DNA of 55,150 nucleotides, taken from the NCBI GenBank assembly GCA_002728675.1, contig PBVL01000058.1:2232-57381 (forward strand), in the 5' to 3' direction. How positions within the stretch are numbered: position 1 is the stretch's first letter; every line of letters begins with the position of its first letter. Both the position numbers and the translations under genes were made by a program. The notes beneath the pieces are model-generated. The model saw only the letters and a program-made list of their open reading frames with translations, searched no databases and was not told where the DNA came from. Positions 53,440 to 55,150 of the stretch are shown here, piece after piece. The DNA is from Gammaproteobacteria bacterium. Lineage in GTDB: Bacteria > Pseudomonadota > Gammaproteobacteria > Pseudomonadales > Azotimanducaceae.

Positions 53440-54525
53440 TTATACACCCGGTGTGTCAGGCAGGCTCCTGCTCCCGTCCACGGCAGGCGGCCAGGCGTGA
53501 ATAATCGCCTTGATCAGCGTGGCGAGCGGGATGGCGAAGAACACACCCCACAGTCCCCAGAGACTCCCGAATACCAGAATGGCCGCAATGATTGCGACCG
53601 GGTGCAGATTCACCGCCTCGGAGAAGAGCACGGGGACGAGTACGAACCCGTCGAGCCCCTGCACGAGCGTGTACCAGAACAGAATCCACACAAAGGTCGC
53701 GCCCAGTCCGAACTGCAGGTAGGCAATGAACACCACCGGCACCGTCACGACCGCGATCCCGACATAGGGAACAATGACCGAAAGGCCGACCAGCAGCCCC
53801 AGCAGCGCCGCGTAGTCGAGCCCGAAAACCACGAAGACGAGGTACGTCGCGCCTCCGGCGATGATCACCTCGAGAAACTTGCCGCGCACGTAGTTCGCCA
53901 TCTGCACGTTCATCTCGAGGCCGATCCGGTTGAGCAACGGCCGTTCGCTGGGCAGGAACGAGACCACCCAACTGAGCAGCTCGTCTTTGTCCTTCAGGAA
54001 AAAGAACACGAGGATGGGAACGAGGATCAGGTAGACGACGATGGTCACCAGCAACGGCAGCTGCGATATAGACGCCGACAGGATCCACTGACCGATGTTG
54101 CCGGCCTCGCCCTGGAGCATCTCCGTCCAGCCGCGAATGAGGTCCTCGGACACGTAGCCGGGGTACTTCTCCGGCAGTTCGTTCAGGATCTCGCGCATCT
54201 GCGCCAGCATGTCCGGCGCTTCGTCGAACAGCGTGCGGAGCTGACGCAGCACACTCGGGATCACGAACACGAGCGACGCAACCATCACGCCGAGAAAGAG
54301 GAGATACGCCAGCGTCACGGCCAGCCATCCGGCGACATGACGCCGGGTCAGAAACTTGATGACGCCCTGCAGCACGAACGCGAAGACGATGCCCGTGAGC
54401 AGCGGCGCAATGATCGCTCCCATCGTCACGATGATGACGAGTCCCACGCCGAGCAGAATCGCCAGGAGCAGGGCCTCCTCGTCCGAGAAGTAGCGGTCGA
54501 CCCAACCCCGGAACACGTTCAGCAT
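53440..54525 (-). CDS. AI-2E family transporter (PerM/YhhT-like)
   Basis: 361-aa ORF with about 8 TM helices and the C-terminal GLWGVFFAIPLA motif. Confidence 0.9.
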   Translation of the reverse strand: MLNVFRGWVDRYFSDEEALLLAILLGVGLVIIVTMGAIIAPLLTGIVFAFVLQGVIKFLTRRHVAGWLAVTLAYLLFLGVMVASLVFVIPSVLRQLRTLFDEAPDMLAQMREILNELPEKYPGYVSEDLIRGWTEMLQGEAGNIGQWILSASISQLPLLVTIVVYLILVPILVFFFLKDKDELLSWVVSFLPSERPLLNRIGLEMNVQMANYVRGKFLEVIIAGGATYLVFVVFGLDYAALLGLLVGLSVIVPYVGIAVVTVPVVFIAYLQFGLGATFVWILFWYTLVQGLDGFVLVPVLFSEAVNLHPVAIIAAILVFGSLWGLWGVFFAIPLATLIKAIIHAWPPAVDGSRSLPDTPGV

Positions 54526-54661
54526 GGGGAGCGGGCGGCTCGTCCGGGAACGTCAGTGCGGGCGGACCACACCGGCACACTCGCGCGCGCTGATGCTCCG
54601 ATCGATCCCGCCAAGGACAGCCAGGCTTCCGGCGAGGGTGCCTTGTGATATGCGTGGCCCA

Positions 54662-54910
54662 CTAGCCTGCGTGTTTTCTCAGCCAGTAGGTATAGGTACC
54701 GCTGTCCTCTTCCGACCGCAAAAGCTCGTTGCCACTCTGCTTGGCGAACACTTCGAAATCGCGCACCGAACCGGGATCGGTGCACTGCACTTCGAGGACC
54801 AACCCCGCATCGAGGCCATTTAGCGCCTGTTTGGCCTTCAGCAGCGGGAGCGGACAGGTCAGCCCGCAGGCGTCGAGGCTCTGGTGAACTGTGACTTCGC
54901 TTGTGCTCAT
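54662..54910 (-). CDS. tusA: TusA-family sulfurtransferase
   Basis: ORF 54662-54982. The ATG at 54910 gives an 82-aa product with LDACGLTCPLPLLKAKQAL (the CPxP active site). Confidence 0.8.
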   Translation of the reverse strand: MSTSEVTVHQSLDACGLTCPLPLLKAKQALNGLDAGLVLEVQCTDPGSVRDFEVFAKQSGNELLRSEEDSGTYTYWLRKHAG

Positions 54911-55083
54911 GATGGCTCGACGGAAAGAGACAGCTCGGTAGTATAACGGACGCACCGCACGGGCCCGGAGGACTTTCGCCAATCGTCCAGCAGACGGTGC
55001 TCAGCGAACGGCCATGCGAACGAACGTACGGAATCCCGGTCTCACTCCATTACCGATGGTCAGCCGACCTGGCGCCCCCCATA

Positions 55084-55150
55084 ATGTCGACTGTGAAAAC
55101 GCTACTCACCTGTACCGCAATGCTCGTCGCGTTGGCGGCGAACGCATCGG
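55084..55150 (+). CDS. start of a secreted or membrane protein (runs off the right edge)
   Basis: The ATG at 55084 gives MSTVKTLLTCTAMLVALAANAS..., a signal-peptide-like start. Only 22 codons are visible. Confidence 0.3.
   Translation, partial: MSTVKTLLTCTAMLVALAANAS

Noticed and set aside
1-55150. Search for CRISPR arrays, transposases, integrases, phage genes, toxin-antitoxin pairs and known defence-system domains
   Set aside because: I found no repeat-spacer periodicity, no terminal inverted repeats, and no DDE, tyrosine- or serine-recombinase, HEPN, TIR, Sir2 or STAND-type motifs in any credible ORF. The window looks like stable chromosome rather than an island.

Overview
GC-rich 55 kb chromosomal segment that looks gammaproteobacterial from its core synteny (dapA-bamC, rmuC, ybbN/cnoX, tusA-like, pspA-pspC). 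I support about 55 protein-coding genes, 2 decayed genes and a few regulatory or structural sites. I saw no rRNA, tRNA, CRISPR array, transposase, integrase or phage gene. Many long ORFs in the supplied track are antisense artefacts of the high GC content and are not reported as genes.

Main content:
1. A tightly packed eleven-gene minus-strand operon (2907-13206). It holds a complete coenzyme F420 pathway (fbiC, cofC, cofD, cofE), an NADPH:F420 oxidoreductase, a PPOX-type protein and two luciferase-like (LLM) oxidoreductases. It is bracketed by an archaeal TrmY-like SPOUT protein and a FemAB-like/DUF482 protein, neither of which has a known F420 role. This is my best candidate for undescribed biology.
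2. A GrdB/PrdB-family gene (24077-24874) that the ORF track splits in two. The split is an in-frame UGA followed by a SECIS-like hairpin, so this is a probable selenoprotein. It sits beside an SDR, a four-domain rhodanese and a cysteine-dioxygenase-type cupin.
3. A 722-aa fusion of an unknown N-domain, a metallo-beta-lactamase/class-II-phosphodiesterase-like core and cyclic-nucleotide-binding domains.
4. A psp locus with a sigma54/IHF-type promoter about 330 nt upstream of pspA, a possible small membrane ORF in the leader, no pspB or pspF, and a pspC with no canonical start codon.
5. A 0.9 kb AT-richer non-coding island with a perfect DnaA box.
6. A gene-decay patch: a YciI-like ORF with an amber stop, and a truncated, frameshifted multicopper oxidase.
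7. Lipid/acyl-CoA genes, Fe(II)/2OG (PhyH) dioxygenases, and a symporter plus glutamine-synthetase-like plus amidotransferase module.

All family assignments come from motif recognition by eye and recalled family knowledge. No database search was run.
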